Origin: Convolutriloba macropyga
Lineage: Eukaryota
Assembly: GCF_964194025.1 (NCBI RefSeq)
Contig: NC_134469.1
Location: 17,484,001 to 17,548,000, forward strand
Length of the DNA stretch: 64,000 nt
Direction: 5' to 3'
The position numbers and the translations under genes are program-made. A model generated the notes under the pieces. The model was not told the DNA's origin. It did not search any database and saw only the letters and a list, made by a program, of their open reading frames with translations. How positions within the stretch are numbered: the stretch's first letter is position 1; each line of letters opens with the position of its first letter. Shown piece after piece: positions 48,476 through 63,200 of the stretch.

Positions 48476-48978
48476 CGGTGAACAGACAAAACAGTCCCAG
48501 ACAAAACAGTCCCGGACAAAACAGTCCCAAATAGCAAAATATTCCCAGACAAAACAGTCCCAGACAAAATAGTCCCAAGAAACCAAACAAAACAGTCCCA
48601 GACAAAATAGTCCCAAGGCCATCATAATAGCTCTCACACGTATGATTTAACAAGCGGATAATTTAATCCCATGTTCGGTTGTGATAGTTTCATATCAAGT
48701 CCCACGGGCCGCTGAGGCATGGCCATGGCCATTAAGTATGTTAAAACATACGGGTAACAGCGACTGCTAATTTGTTGTCAGATTATTGAACGAACATTTC
48801 AAAGTACATTGGGTATAATGGCATTAGGTGCATTTTATTTGGGACTATTTTGTCTGGGACTGTTTTGTCTGGTTTTTTGGGACTATTTTGTCTGGGAATG
48901 TTTTGTCTGGGAATATTTTGCAATTTGGGACTGTTTTGTCTGGGACTGTTTTGTCTGGGAATGTTTTTTCCGGACACG
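48476..48978. mobile_element. Non-autonomous foldback/MITE with ~140-bp TIRs built from 15-bp subrepeats
   Basis: Left arm (agacaaaacagtccc)n at 48483-48616; right arm (gggactgttttgtct)n at 48835-48975. GTTTTTAA is duplicated at 48468-48475 and 48979-48986. Confidence 0.85.
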
Positions 48979-51395
48979 GTTTTTAATAATTTTGGATCCT
49001 CCCACGAAAACGCTTCCTTTGAGAGAAACATTTTTCAACATTGACACTCAGTACGATTATGGTGATGCCCATATAACGCGTTCCTGTGATTTTTTGAATC
49101 CTCTTACTACAGGCAATCTACTTGTTGAAATCGGCATTTTCACAGTATTCTACCTCCAGGTATAATAATTTCATAAAGAACTTAACTCATTATCATTTTC
49201 ATTTTGTGGTAAAAGTTGCTCAAAAAGAACCAAAGAGTGCTAACGGATAATTTTTTGCAATTTTTCCCTCTTGTACCAAGACTTTAATTTGGATCTCATG
49301 TCTAACACTAAAACTTAAGTTTATTGGATGCATTTTTAAATGACAGTTTAAGACATGAAGATTCAATGAGAAGGAATGAATGGTAATTATATTGTGCAAT
49401 TAAGATTTGACTTGATCAAGTCATGGTTATTTAAAAGTTCAGCTAATTCTTTGAATCTTCTCACTACAGACAATGTGCCTGTTTTTTGACAGCATCCTTG
49501 TAGTCTAAGAGTTTCATATAGAACGTGAGAGAATAATTACCATTGTTTCTTTGATAAAGTTTGCTTAAAAGAACCAAAGTGTGCGTACCGGAATTTTCTT
49601 CGCAAATTTTGTCAACTGTCAACCGGATCTCATTTACTAATAATAAAACTTAAAATTATTGAATACTTTTTCATAAATGCCAATTCCTGCTTGAAGATTC
49701 AAGGAGAAGGAATGAATGGTAATTATATTGTGCAATTAGGATTTGACTTGATCAGGTCATGGTTATCTAAAAGTTCAGCTAATTTTTTGAATCCTCTCAC
49801 TACAGACAATGTGCCTGTTTTTTGACAGCATCCTTGTAGTATAACTGTTTCATATAGAACGTGAGAGAATAATTACCATTGTTTTTTTTTGATAAAATTT
49901 GCTCAAAAGAACCAAAGTGTGCTACCGGAATTTTCTTCGCAAATTTTGTCAACTGAATCAAGACTGTCAACCGAATCTCATTTACTAATTATAAAACTTA
50001 AAGTTACTGAATACTTTTTCATAAATGCCAATTCCTGCTTGAAGATTCAAGGAGAAGGAATGAAAGGTAATTATATTATGCTATTACGATTTGACTTGAT
50101 ATTGTGATGATTATCTAAAAGTTATGTCTTTTACCTCTGATCATATTGCTATATTGTTCCTATCTATGTAGATCTAAAAAATGTTCAACAAGATCTAAAA
50201 ATTTTCATCGGTAAATTTATAATTGTGCTCAACACCAGAAATGAATGTTAACCCTCGTTGCAAAATGGAAGTAGGTATATGATCATAATGATAATCCGAG
50301 TGGTTGTTGAGGCATTGAGCGTTAGATTCATATAAAGGTGTAAACTAGTTGATAGTGTCCGAGATTTGGCTTTTAGTTACACTTGTTTTGCTATGAAGTA
50401 AAGCTCATGAGATAAAAGTGCTTGGTATCGACTGAGCAATTTTTTGTTGAGGAACATTGGCATCCCTTTGTTGTTTAAATGAAACGTTTAATATGATCAT
50501 TTGATGAACCTGGGCAACTATAAAATATGACAACTTAATCAAAATAAAAACCAATCTCTTGTGAACTGTTCTGTTAGCCTCTCAAAGCCTCCCTTTATGA
50601 AAATTAAGTGGGACACCTAAAAAATTGGAAATATTGTTCTCCCTTAGCTCTTAAAGGTTGACGCTGAAATTTTGCATTTTTTTCCTTTTTAAAGTTCATC
50701 GGAAAATTGAAGCACTTTCAGGTTCGCAACTTTAAAGTAATTCAAAATATTAAAATAATGAGATAAATAATCAGAATTGATGGAAAATAGAAGAATATAA
50801 AATTTAGTTGGTAAAATAAAACAAAAGATTGAAAAATTGTTTTCTTGAAAATATCTTTGTTGAATAAATCTTTCTACGAATCTATTTTTTCTTTCAATGA
50901 GTTCAAGATCAATTGAAGGGTTAAAAATTAATTAAAATTGTACAAATGTGTTCCTCAGACTTAATACTTTATATAATTTGTTATAATTTTATAATAATTC
51001 AATTTAATGAAATAACCTAATATAACCTATTATAGCTTAGTAATAATTCAAACTACTAATAGAATAATCGAAATAATAAGAATACTAATGAGGATCATTG
51101 TTAGATGTATTGTTTAAAGAATCGATTTCTCTTTCAATGCGTCAAAGATCAATGAGAGTTAAAAAATATTCCACCTTTTCTGAATGTGCAGTGCACTTCA
51201 AGATTTGAAACTTTATTTATTTCCATTTATAAGGTTTCTAAGTTTCCATATTTCTAAGGTACGGCAAAATTACTTAATTAATCATATTAGAGAGAAGAAA
51301 AAGTTTTTCTCCAGAAGCTACATGAATTAATATTGTTTCTTCTAATGACTTCTGATCAATTTTCATTTGAGTTAAAGAAAAATGAGACATTTACT

Positions 51396-51639
51396 TAGCT
51401 TATTTGTTCTAAAATTGAATTCACCTAAAACGTCATCTCGTTTTCATTGATTCTATTTACAGAGAGTTCTATGATGCGGCAAACTCTATTTAAGATAGTA
51501 ACTTTGGAAGAACAATGTTATTCTTCCAAAGTGACTACTCTAAATAGAGTTTGCGGCATCATCAGATATTTTATAGAAAGAATCAACAAAAACGAGATGA
51601 CCTGGTAGGTGAAATCATTATTAGGACTAACCATGCTAA
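51396..51639. repeat. Long imperfect palindrome (~245 bp), probable MITE relic
   Basis: Arms centred at ~51515: ctttggaagaa/ttcttccaaag, aaactctattta/taaatagagttt, tcatctcgtttt/aaaacgagatga, ttcaccta/taggtgaa. Confidence 0.85.
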
Positions 51640-53599
51640 AAAATAAAAGTTTTTTGACCAGTCATTGTAAAATTTTATATACTATGTCCAATAACTATTT
51701 TATCAAATTTAAGATAATTTAGTTTCCTTCACTCTCAAAAAACAAATGCGCAGTTTTCTATCTCATAGTTTGATTTCCATAGAACCTGCTCAACTTGTGT
51801 TTTGGATCGCTGCACCACATATCTCTTTTTATCTTTATCGGAGTAAAATTGTTAGCAAAATATTAATCTCAATATACCGCACTAATCTTATAACGGTTTG
51901 ATCTTACCTCTAACGTGAGAGGATCCTTAGCATTCTGGTTGTATAGTAAAGAAAAATGATCACGCAAACCTAAAATGTACGAAGGAAAAAAACGTTCAAA
52001 ATTTCGTTTCAACTGTATCAAGACTTCCAATTGGACTTCATTCATTCATACAAAAAACTCGCAATAATTGAAAGCATTTTTTCATATGCAATTTCAGGCT
52101 TAAAGACTCAATGAAGAAGAAAAAACTGTAATCATTTTATGCTGTTACGACGAGACTGCCTCAGGTCAGTTTTACCAATGAATTATACATACCTTCGATC
52201 ATGTTTCTATAGTATTCATATCTATGAGGATCTACAAAAATGATCACATATGACGTAAATTGGTTTGAATGGAAAGTCCACTATAGTGCTCAAAACAAAA
52301 AAATAATTATTAATCCTCGTTGCAAATTAGAATGATTGAGAATGTCTTTCATTAAGTGAAAGAAATAGGCTAACTCAGTATTTTTATAAACTTTTAAAAA
52401 TTCCATACATGACTAAGTATGATCACCAAGATCACCGTGACTTGGTATGATTACAAAGTTTTTTTCATAGATGTCAACCCGGATCAATATCTAGCCTTAT
52501 CGCTTCTAAAAAATTAGGCGTTAAAGTTCTAACTGGTGCAAAATGATCGACACCAAAAATAGAAATGATTTGATTTTATTCAATTCTGAGATTGACTTGG
52601 TCTGATGTATTTAAATTCATTTTGTTCTATCGTGGCCACTTCCTGAGTTTTGAGGCTTAATTTTCACTTTCTCAAAGGCAATATTGATTGAAATTCCATT
52701 CTCGGCACAAATTGCTGTTTTTCCTCAGTTAAATTTTTTTTAGGCTGAGGGCTATACTAACATGATATCAATCGGGGATTAATTTTAACTAACTTTGGAA
52801 ACTCTCATGAAGTATTGACAGTATTTGTCAATATTGACTCTCAGTAAAACTACGTTGATGCCTAATTAACCCGTTCAGGTGATTTTTTCTGTCACTACAG
52901 ACAATCTACTTGTTGGCATCGGATTTCGACAGTATCCTACCTAGTAGTATTATAATTTCATCTAGAACGTGAGTCATCGTCATTTTTTTGCGGTAAAATA
53001 TGCTCAAAAGAACCCAAAAGTTCGTACAGGAAACTTCTTCGCAATTTTCTTCAACTATATCAAAACTGTAAACTGGATCTCATCTCTAACACTAAAACTT
53101 AAAAATATTGAAAGCATTTTTTTAAATGCCAATTCAGACGCGAATATTCAGTGAGCAGGATTGAACTGTAATTATATTATGCTGTTATTATGTGACATAA
53201 TTAGGTCAAGTATATCTAACAGTTATGCCTTTTACCTCCGATCATGTATGATTTAATGCTCCTATTTTTGTAGATCGAATAAAATGATCACATTTGATAT
53301 TTTCAATGGAAATTGCACAAATTTGCTCTCTACGAAAAAAAGATTCTTAGTCTTTTTTGCAAAATAGAATATTATCTGATCGTGGTGATATTCCAAATGG
53401 TGGTCAAGAGGCTGGAATTTGGTCTTAAATGAAAAAAAGAACATCGTTAATTTCCTCTGATACATATAAGAATAAAATACAAATGGTAAAAGAGGCAATG
53501 TAAAGTTGAGAATAAAATATTATTTAAAATTATAAAATCATTAAATTATTTGATTAAAAATTTGACCTTATATTAGAAAAAAATGGCCTATAAAATGTT

Positions 53600-55650
53600 C
53601 TCACAATTTTATATGAAGATTTAAAATAAAAATATTCTTTCGGCTCTTTTTTTAAGGAAGCTTTCGATGTTGTTTTCAGTTTTATGTTATAAGGCGGACT
53701 ATTATATATTGATTGCAATCGCTTGTGCAATAAAAGAATCAGTTAAAAACTTAGTGTTCTTTCTGATATCGAATTTATATTTTTTGACCTGTCATGTTGT
53801 TTTATTCTCATGGTAGAAAGAGGTTCATTTTTATATGCTGGCAGATCGTTGCTGAATAAGCGAAAAAAATATTGTGAGCAATGACAGTTCAAGAGAAAAG
53901 AGACTGATAATATTGTGTTGCGAAATTTGAGATCTTTGGACCGATTGTATTTTCTCCTATTAAAAAGGGTTTTTATTCCACAATTCAATTGTTTTTCTAA
54001 AGTTGTGAATAATGACTTTTGCAAGCCTATCAAAATTAAAGCAGAATAATGTAGATGACTTATTACTAATGCATTAAGCAATAAGAGTTTCGTTTTCTCT
54101 GGTAAACTTTTATTAAGTGTATTCAAAATTTTTATTCCACAAGCCATATCTTTTTCACTTTTCCATCAAATTTTAGTTTGTTATCAATAATAACGCCAAG
54201 ATACTTCACACTATTTGATTCTGCTAACTTTTCATTGTCCACATTCAGAACAGTATTTGTTAACATCTTCCTGGCGCTGAACACAATATATTCTGTTTTT
54301 TGTTTTTTCAACACTAACTGGGAATGTTCAAAAAATCGATAATTTTTCAGATAATATATTTAAGTTTTGTTTTTGTCGATAATTCATCAGTGCCGGATGT
54401 AAAAAGAAAAGTGTCTGCATACTGGACGACCGTGCAATCTTTTTCTGCAATCTTTGCTAAATCATTGACGTAAATGTTAAATAATAGAGGTCTTAAAAAG
54501 GTACCGTGTGGAACTCCTCTTTTCAAATTTAAACAATCTGATTCAATTCCATTTAGGACAACCGTTTGCATTCTTTCACTCATATAATTCTCTATTAAAT
54601 TGTTAGAATGTTCATCAAAACCTTTAAAGTCTCCGTAACAGTATTTTGTGGTTTATAGAATCAAAAGCCTTTCAAATATATTAAAACGCATCGGTAACCT
54701 TTTGTTTCTTGTTGAGTTCTAATCTTATTTATTCTGTTGATTTCAGAATAGCATCAATTGTTGTAATTTGTTTTCTGTAACTAAATTGACTAATAGATAA
54801 TAATTGCTCTCGTTCTAGGAAACTTGTGGTTTGTGAACTGAACGCCTTTTCAAAAATTTTTACAAAGCAGATTTGACAGGAATAGGTCTATAAATGAGTG
54901 GATCTTCGGGATTTCCTTTTTCAAAGTGGAGGAACACAAGCTTTTTTAAAATTTTCAGGAAACTTTCCTTCTGTAATGAACTAATTAATGAGATACTATA
55001 GTGGTTCCGCCAGCGCTGCTTTAGCATCTTTTCTTGCTAAAGCTGGTATTTTTGAAGGACCGAGTAGTTTACTTGTATGCAATGAATCTATGAGCACATT
55101 TCTTTCTTTGGTTGTTATAATTCGGAAATTGCAAAAACTTTCCCGGAGCAGTTTTAGGAGGAAAGTTCTTTATTTGCTGCAAGCCAATGAACTCCCTAGG
55201 GTAGAAAGTCTTTAATTTAGAAGATTTGCAATTTCCATATGTGTTGTTATCTTATTACCAAGTCTGTTTAATAAAGATTGAATTCTTGTTTGAGTCGTTT
55301 CTTTATTACAAAGATCTTGAATGAAGTTCCATCTGGCTTTTTCACTGTTTAACTCCATAAAACTTGAGAGAAATTGTTTTTCCTTTTGACGAAATAAATT
55401 GTTTTTTAGTTCCATTATCGCTAATTCTTGAAAACTGTTTTTTTTTGTTTTCTCACATAGACATTTTTCTTGAAGGAAAAATTTTGGTTTGTCTTTTCTA
55501 ATATGACAGATTATAACTGGAGCATTTAGTGCTAATGCTCTTTCAATAACTCTTTCAATAAATGTTGAAACTATCTATTAAAATCCAACAAAGTAGTTTT
55601 TAGTGACAATCGGTTTGCTCAGCAGTTAAATTTGTGGTAAAAACCAGGAA
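53600..55650 (-). pseudogene. Decayed LINE RT fragment (CR1/L2-like group)
   Basis: RGVPHGTFLRPLLFNIYVNDL...QYAD (54347-54583), KTEYIVF...VKYLGVIIDNKLKF (54132-54314) and LLNALVISHLHYS (53743-54147) in frameshifted ORFs. Confidence 0.88.
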
Positions 55651-58600
55651 ACTTATTGCTATCTAATTGAAAATATTTTTTCGACTGTTTTTGTTGTTTT
55701 AATTGATCTTTTTTTAAAAAAAAAATGATGAAAGTTCTTGGTATTGAATGGGCAAATTTTTGTTGAGGAACAAAGGTATCAACGAAACCGTTAATTTGAT
55801 CTTTTGATAAGTCTGGGGATCTTGGGGTTTCTAATAACTGACAGCTTAATCAATGTGAAAACCAGCCTCCTGCAAACTGTTTTTTAGCTTTTTCACTTTT
55901 TTTTCTGAAGAAGTAAGAGCGATAAAAAAATTTTGCATATCGCTCTTCATTAGGACTTTATTTTTTATAATCAAAATGGATAGTATTGTTTGCTTTTTTT
56001 AATTCATTAGAACTTTCGAACTATTATGTAACGGAGAAATATTTTTAAATGTAGTTCAGAACCACTTGTGACACAGAATGAAAGATTCAGATATTTAAAC
56101 TCTGGAAAGGATCTTCGTTACATGCATCTTCCAAAAAATCTATTTTCCAATGGGGCAACAATTTCTTATAGAATAGTGTGCCACCATTTTCAAAAATTAT
56201 TTTTTCAAACTATCGTTGAAGAACACTTAAGCTTCAATAATTAATTTGAACCGAACAAAATGGTAATACACTTTTTACTGTTTTTATTGCAGAAAGAAGG
56301 CAATTTTCATCAAAACAACTAAAAGTGTTATTCTTCCGGGGATAAATATTTTACTGATGTTTCAAAAGTTTTGATGATCAGGAGCTGCGTTTATGTGCAA
56401 GCTTCTTCAAATATTCCATTGAAACTGTTAGATTGTTAAATTTAAAAATATGGAAATCGGGGAAAATAAAAATTTTATGGATTTTTTTCTCATGAAACTT
56501 GTTATGCACAATCTGCTCAATTTCCATAAAACTAGCTCAACTTTGATGTTTTTGCGTTAATTCTATCGCCCGTGACCTAAATTTTTTAAGAGACATACTT
56601 TAAATAACAAAAATGATTTTGTTCAAAACAGTTCTTGATTCTGATTGGATTTCTTGATTTCTAGGTATAAGGTGTTCATGCTGAAATACCAAAACCACGA
56701 ACGGGCCGAATGCCACACACACAATTTAAAACAGAAAATGCGGCAACCGTTAGAACAGGGAGTGGATATACCCACTTTTGATCGACCCACTTTTTCTGTA
56801 GATACCAGGTTAGATCGAGTTTAGAATATTAAATTAACGTCTCTCAACATTATATGCAAACGGATATATTAATGCTATTTTTTTTCAATTATCACATCTT
56901 GTTATTTGAATCAAGATCAAAAAGGTTTGATCCATGCCACGTTGACTTGTAAAACAACCTGCATCCTACATGATAACTTGTATTTCTAGATATGTTCTAT
57001 TGTTCACAAAAAAAACAATCAAAAACCTGAACACAAATTGGCTAAATATCAATCACCAATTAATAACAGATTTTTTAAATCAATCTAAGCAAAATCGATG
57101 TAAGGCAATTTCAACTGTTAACTTTTTGACATTGAATAATTGACCATTTCCTGGCTCGGTTTATTTTTTGCTGTTTTGTTTTCTTTTGCTCTGTTTACTG
57201 TTTCGAACATGAAAAACCTCCCCGTGTGTACTACGAGCATTTTTTATTCATACAGGTCGATTTGATTATGGAGGCATAGAAAAATGCAAAAATGGAAACA
57301 AGTCTTTTCAACAGGAAAAGAACTGGGAAGAAAAGCCTACAATTGCCTTTACTTTTTTCCTCCTTGTTGAGTAATTTTTTATAATATATATTTGGCGTTG
57401 GCACAATTCTGCATTTATTAACACTAAAAAAGTAATGAGAAGCTGTGAATTGTTTCGCGCTATTATTTTTTGGTATCTTTCTCCCTCTCCCGTTTTCCAT
57501 CGTTTTTCCATTTTATTCCTAACTTTTATCCGCATTTTGTGCAATCTGAATTTTATACCACATCCTTCGCTGTCTTTTATCTACGTATGAACAGAGTACA
57601 GCTTTCTACTGTACTAACATATACAATTGCAGTTGCTCATTACAATTATTTTTTCGAACCGAAAAAAATTGGGGGGAAATTTTTGTGCCTCAGTGGTAAT
57701 TAGAAGAGCCAGTGCTCAGTTAGCATAAGTTCTCAGACAGCATACTATCGAAAAAAATGATTTACAAATTTAATAGGGAATTTTTCGGAACCTCACAAAT
57801 TAGTGATATCTATAGAATTCAAAATTCTGATCAAATCCGTCGATTAAGTTTTTGCTTGAAATTTGTCAAATTTACAAATAAATAGTAAAATTATTAAAAT
57901 AATATTCTTGTTAGGATTGTGGTATTAGTTGATAAGCAATTTTAGGGAGTGGTCATTTTTGTTTGTGGGTATCGTGATTTTATAGAAAAAAGTTTCTTTC
58001 GGGAAATTAATTTTAAAAGTGAAGGGCTAGAATTAGGTGGCATGAAATTCAGATCAAACTGGCGTCAAAAATTATTCTTTATCATACATCGGCTAAAATG
58101 TCGTGTTGAGCGGTTAAAATGTCTTTTCCCCATTTTCTATCTATCTACACTTATAGTATATTATTATAGCAACAATGAGCGTTTTTCCATACCCCCACTT
58201 TTATATAAACTCCCGCTTTCCTCTAATTTCACAGCCATGTTTTTCAACTAGACATCCTTCTGTAGCAACCAACGCAGGAATCAAAAATTTTATACGATAC
58301 TATACAACGTACATTTTCTTTGCCTGCGTTTACGCTATCTAACTTTATGTATCAAGCCAAGCTACCCTATCCGTACAAGGTATGTATTAGTATATAGGTA
58401 TATGCATCTTAACCTCTTTCACCCCCGCTTTTCCACTTTCAAATACCAGGAAAATGCATTCGACGCGTATGGAAAAATTATTCACGTTCCCAAAGAAATT
58501 TTGCACCGGTGTACCCTCGTGTGATTTAAGCAGCAGCTTACAGCAGTATACTTCATTTATATCTAGTAGTAGTAATAGTATAACTATAGAGTTAAAAACT

Positions 58601-60153
58601 AACCCGGGTTATAAAACACGTGCAAGAGCAAAAACTTAACCATTTACAATAGGCGGTACAAAATGCCCAAAGAGGAAAAACTGCAAACCCATCATGTAAA
58701 GACTTTTTTGACCCCTGAGAGGAGAAATTGGAGGGAAATTTTAGCGTGGCTTTGAAATTTACAGTGGCGTGTAGGGGGAAAATAAGAGACGCATCAGATT
58801 TTAAAAAGCAGGCAAAAGACATGAATTGTACGCGTGTTTTGAAAGTATTTTTCCCTCTTTTTCCCGATTTTGTAAACAGGATAGCACAGCCCTTTCTTCC
58901 CCCCAATTCTAGCCCATTTTCCCGTACTTGTGCACGCACAACGAAGTTTATCAGCTAGTTCTCTCTCTAACGTTGTGTAATAAAAATTGGTATATTGTTG
59001 TTTTGCCTTTCATCATCAAGGAAGCGTGGTTGAAAACAACGCTTTAAAACTTGATCAATTCAAACTACCTTGACTAAAAAATATTTCTTTGATCTTGTCT
59101 GATTTGAATATTTCTCTTCGGTTTTCTAAATTGAATTCCGACTCAGAGAGCTATTTCACAAAGAGTGAACTGCACCAAATTATCATATTTTTGAACTTTT
59201 TGATTTGTCGGTCCCCTTTTCGCCCTCGATTTTTTTGAGATGTCAAAGAAAGTATCTTTCAATACGCTTCGTTATTTCACTGCAGCTATTTTATTTCTAT
59301 TATCTATTAGCTAACAGCAATCAAAATATGACTTGAGGTATGATTATTGCATGTATATTATGCCCCCTTTCTGTTCAAAATCAATTACATTTTGTTTTCA
59401 CCTTTTGTAATCAAATTTCAAAGTAAATGTTTGCATCATAATTGATCCCCTAAACTAGCGAACAGTTTGTTTGTTTGTTTTTTGATTGTTTGTCATTCAG
59501 GCAAAAAAATTGGTTTAAGCGCTTTATTTTCGGCGGTGTTTAGAGCGTATTGACTTTAATGTTTGTCTCCATTAAAAATTGCGATTGTTCTTTGAACGTA
59601 TAAAGGAAAGCGAGCGACGTCTGAGGGTAATTCACGCGGGCACAGCTAGTCATTTATTCGCCCAGTTTTGTTCCCAATTTTGACTTGTGAGCGTACGCAT
59701 AGCCTTGTTTGCTTGTACAGATCGTCAGTCATAAAAGGGTTTACCATTTAGAGACCATTTCAGAGAATAGTTCACAAATTTCAAACAAACTTCAAACGCT
59801 TTTGCTATTTCACTTGCACCATATTCACTTAACCCTAAGGGTTCTGTTCTTTCCTCAATAAACTCTATTAAACATTCTTTACTATTAAAATATTTCAAGG
59901 ACAAAATTGACTGTCCAAGGAAAAAATCAACAGTGAAAGAGAACCGCAACACCTAACTCCTCTCGAATTGTTTGTAACCCTGTGAGTTAGGGGTAATGTT
60001 GAAGTTATAACTTATAATTAATAATTTTGCCTATCATTTACACGCATCAATACACAGACACGAGGAAGATTGTTGAATTTCTACAAAGGTAAAGTACACA
60101 GTTATTTTTTCAAAGTTTTTATCGCCTAATTGTCGATTTAAAACAGTAAAAAA

Positions 60154-60203
60154 TGGGGGAGGGGGAGGAGGGGGAGGGGGAGGAGGGGAGGGGGAGGGAG
60201 GAG
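60154..60203 (+). repeat. (GGGGA)n G-rich tract
   Basis: gggggagggggaggagggggagggggaggaggggagggggagggagg. Confidence 0.8.
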
Positions 60204-63200
60204 AAATTCAACAGAGAATATTCTTTCGCGCTTAAAAGTTAGTTATAAACTTTATTACCCTTTACGAGTGAGCTGTTATACCCTGATTGAGATACACACC
60301 CCCGACCCAGGGTAGCTATTAAATGCACTTTTTCGTGTAAATTTACTGGTACCCTTAATTCTATCACTACTCAGACTTAACGCTTTCTGTGAAATCCAAA
60401 GCTGGACCGAGTAATTGATTAATTATAAGAAGTTAGTGTATCTATAAAACACTTGATCAAAATATTATCAATTATGACCTTCATCATGTTCATGAACTTA
60501 TATATTTATTATTTCTTTACATTGTTCCTATTGTTTTTGATATTGCCATAGTTTTGTGACTCGGGGTTATGGATTTAAATTTTTCAGTTTTTTACATCAT
60601 TCTTCTCTTTTTGGTTTTAAAAAATCTCATTCACTTAACTACAAAATACCTGAAACAAATACAGCCGATTTTTTTATCGCAATAAACTATAAAACCCCAA
60701 TAAAAGTTGTTTTTGTAAAGTTTTAGAAGTTGTGTTTGTCAGAAACTTCAGACAAGCTGGATATCGGCGAGAAGTCCAGATTAACAATTGACAAACGTTT
60801 ACTGGCAAAATATTAATTGATCTAATTTTTCTCTCCATAAAACTCTCAATCTGTTCAACATTTTCATATAAGTGCTATAACTAGGTCTGAACAGATAATA
60901 GTTATAAGGCCATAACTCAATGTTAACGTGTCTACTGACACGCGCATAAGCCCATTCAACCCTCAGTCTCTGCTACCCAAATAAACTGGACCCATTTACA
61001 ATCAGCCAGCAGGCCTCGAAAGCTGAAAAGCGGCAATCCGCAAAGACTTATACGTCACCGGTAATCCCCTAATTCTTGTACCTATCAAACATTTGATCCG
61101 TCCCAATCTCAATCCACAAAAATTGCCCAATTAGCATAAATTTTGAACTTTTGAACGCGAAAATATTTTCTCCGACAGTTTGTTATCATACATTTTTCCG
61201 CAACTGCTTTCATTATTCACGTTTCATTACACAATCGTTTTTTAAGCTTTCTTAATACAAAATTTTGCGTAATTCCTGAAATAACTGAAAAAAATGGCAT
61301 ATTTCATTATAATGTTATGTTATATTGGGTTTCCGCAAAATTATATACAAAAATGGTCGCTTTATAATTAAGGAAAAAGCCGTTAAAAATCTTTCTTTTA
61401 ATAAAATCCGAAATAGTTGATGATGAAGTTGTTCTATAACCGAGGCTCCTCAAAAACTTTCTCGATAATTCTGTTAATCAATCGAATTTCTGCTAAGCTA
61501 CTACTTTTCCATCGGAACTCAAGAGCTTTAATCCTCATAATTTTCCCATTTCATTAAAAATTGTTGTCATTATACAAGTTGCGGGTGGAAATCAATACAT
61601 GGAAACGAAGATACTTCACCGAATTTTTGTCAGTTTGAACCTGTTTTAAAATCAAAACATTATTGAAACTAGGCTAGTGCAAGGAAAATTTTGTGTTAAA
61701 TGAATAACAATGGCAAAACTACAAGTCAAATCCTATTGAAAATCTGAATAATTTCTGGTCACTAAAAGAAGTAACTTATCATATAGAAAAAAATGGTGGT
61801 TAGTTGGCGTCGTTTTAGTAAATGCTGTCTCTTGAGCGAAGACTTTAAAAAATTCTAAAAGGTATTGCGATCAAAACTTCATTTGGACCAAAGTTTCAGC
61901 ATTTTCGAATTCGAATTTGAAGAAAATTTGCTCTTTTCATTTCAACAATTCGGAAAACCAAGAAAATTGAGCAAAAAAGACCATAAATTTGCAATGCCTT
62001 CATTAAAACTTCTAGCTAAAAAATTCAAATAAAACATCTCAGAACTCAGTTTCGTTTTTTAACATTGAGAAATTTCAAGCTATCATTAATTTGGATCAAA
62101 ACAAATTTCCAGGTCCTGATTACACCAATGCATGAGCACTCAATGCTGTAAAAAAAAATACAATCAGCTCACATATACAATTTATCTACAATAAATTTTA
62201 CCAAGCTAGCATTTTCCAACACTTCCAAGCAGGTTTATGTAAACTTTTCACACTAAAAAATCACCAGGAAATTTTGTGCTCTGGTTTATTTGTGCTCTAA
62301 AAAGTGAAACTAATTCCCAATTTGTTTGAGCCATCTTGTTAAATTTCGTGAAATAAATTCTCTTTTCCAATCTTTTCTCTCCATTAGGACTTATTGCCTT
62401 AATCAACTCTTGTCGTTTTCATGTTTGTCAAGGTACAGTTTTAGAACCTCATCTTTTTAAACGTCAATGGATTCTCAGAACATGTAAAATGTGTTTTGGA
62501 GTTGCTATGTTTGCAGATAATACTAGTTATTTTGATTCAAAACAGTAGTAAAATTTTCAAAACAATTTAGGAATTCTTATCAAAGAGAACACTAACTAAT
62601 CAAAGTTAATGACGTTATTGGCAGACCATAAGCCTTAGGAAGCATCAAAGATATCTTTAGAATGTTGCCAGTGTCCTACAATTTCAATAAAGAATATGAA
62701 CATTTAAGTTCATAATAAAAAAAAGATTACAAAGAGCGAAATGGGTATAAACTCTGCTATCCTTAAATCATTGAAAAGTGGGGAAACTGTTCTCTCAGAG
62801 CTGTAAAAAAAATTTTAAAAAGAACCAAAACAACTTGTTCCGCAGACAACATACGATGGTAATATATCTATTAACAAATGGCGTTTGAGTTCGGTATTAT
62901 ATATTTGCAAAAACCAAACAACTACAGATTGTCGAATATACTGAACATGAAAATAATAATTGCTGATGATGGTTAAGAAAAAAATGTGATCAATTTTTTT
63001 CATTTGATTTTTCACCTTTTCCTCCTTAAAAAACCTGAAACATTAACCAGAAAAAGAACCAACGCTAATTTTCCTTCGTTTATGTCTGCAGTTTTAGAAG
63101 ACAGACAACATTGTTAATCATCTTGGCCGCAGATCAACTGCTTTGAAAATTTTTGCTAACTGACATTCAAGCTAATATGTTGAATAAATCCCAGCAATTT

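Larger units (their letters stand above)
48080..53290. repeat. Old local duplication family: 48080-49400 resembles 52340-53250, with ~340-360-bp tandem units at 49080-50120
   Basis: Shared anchors gctaactcag, ccatacatgact, gatcgacaccaaaaata and ccattctcggca. tcactacagacaat-like motif at ~49105, 49462, 49797 and 52892. Confidence 0.75.

Noticed and set aside
48455-49165. LGLFC/WDCFV repeat peptides
   Set aside because: Translations of the 15-bp TIR subrepeats of the foldback element.
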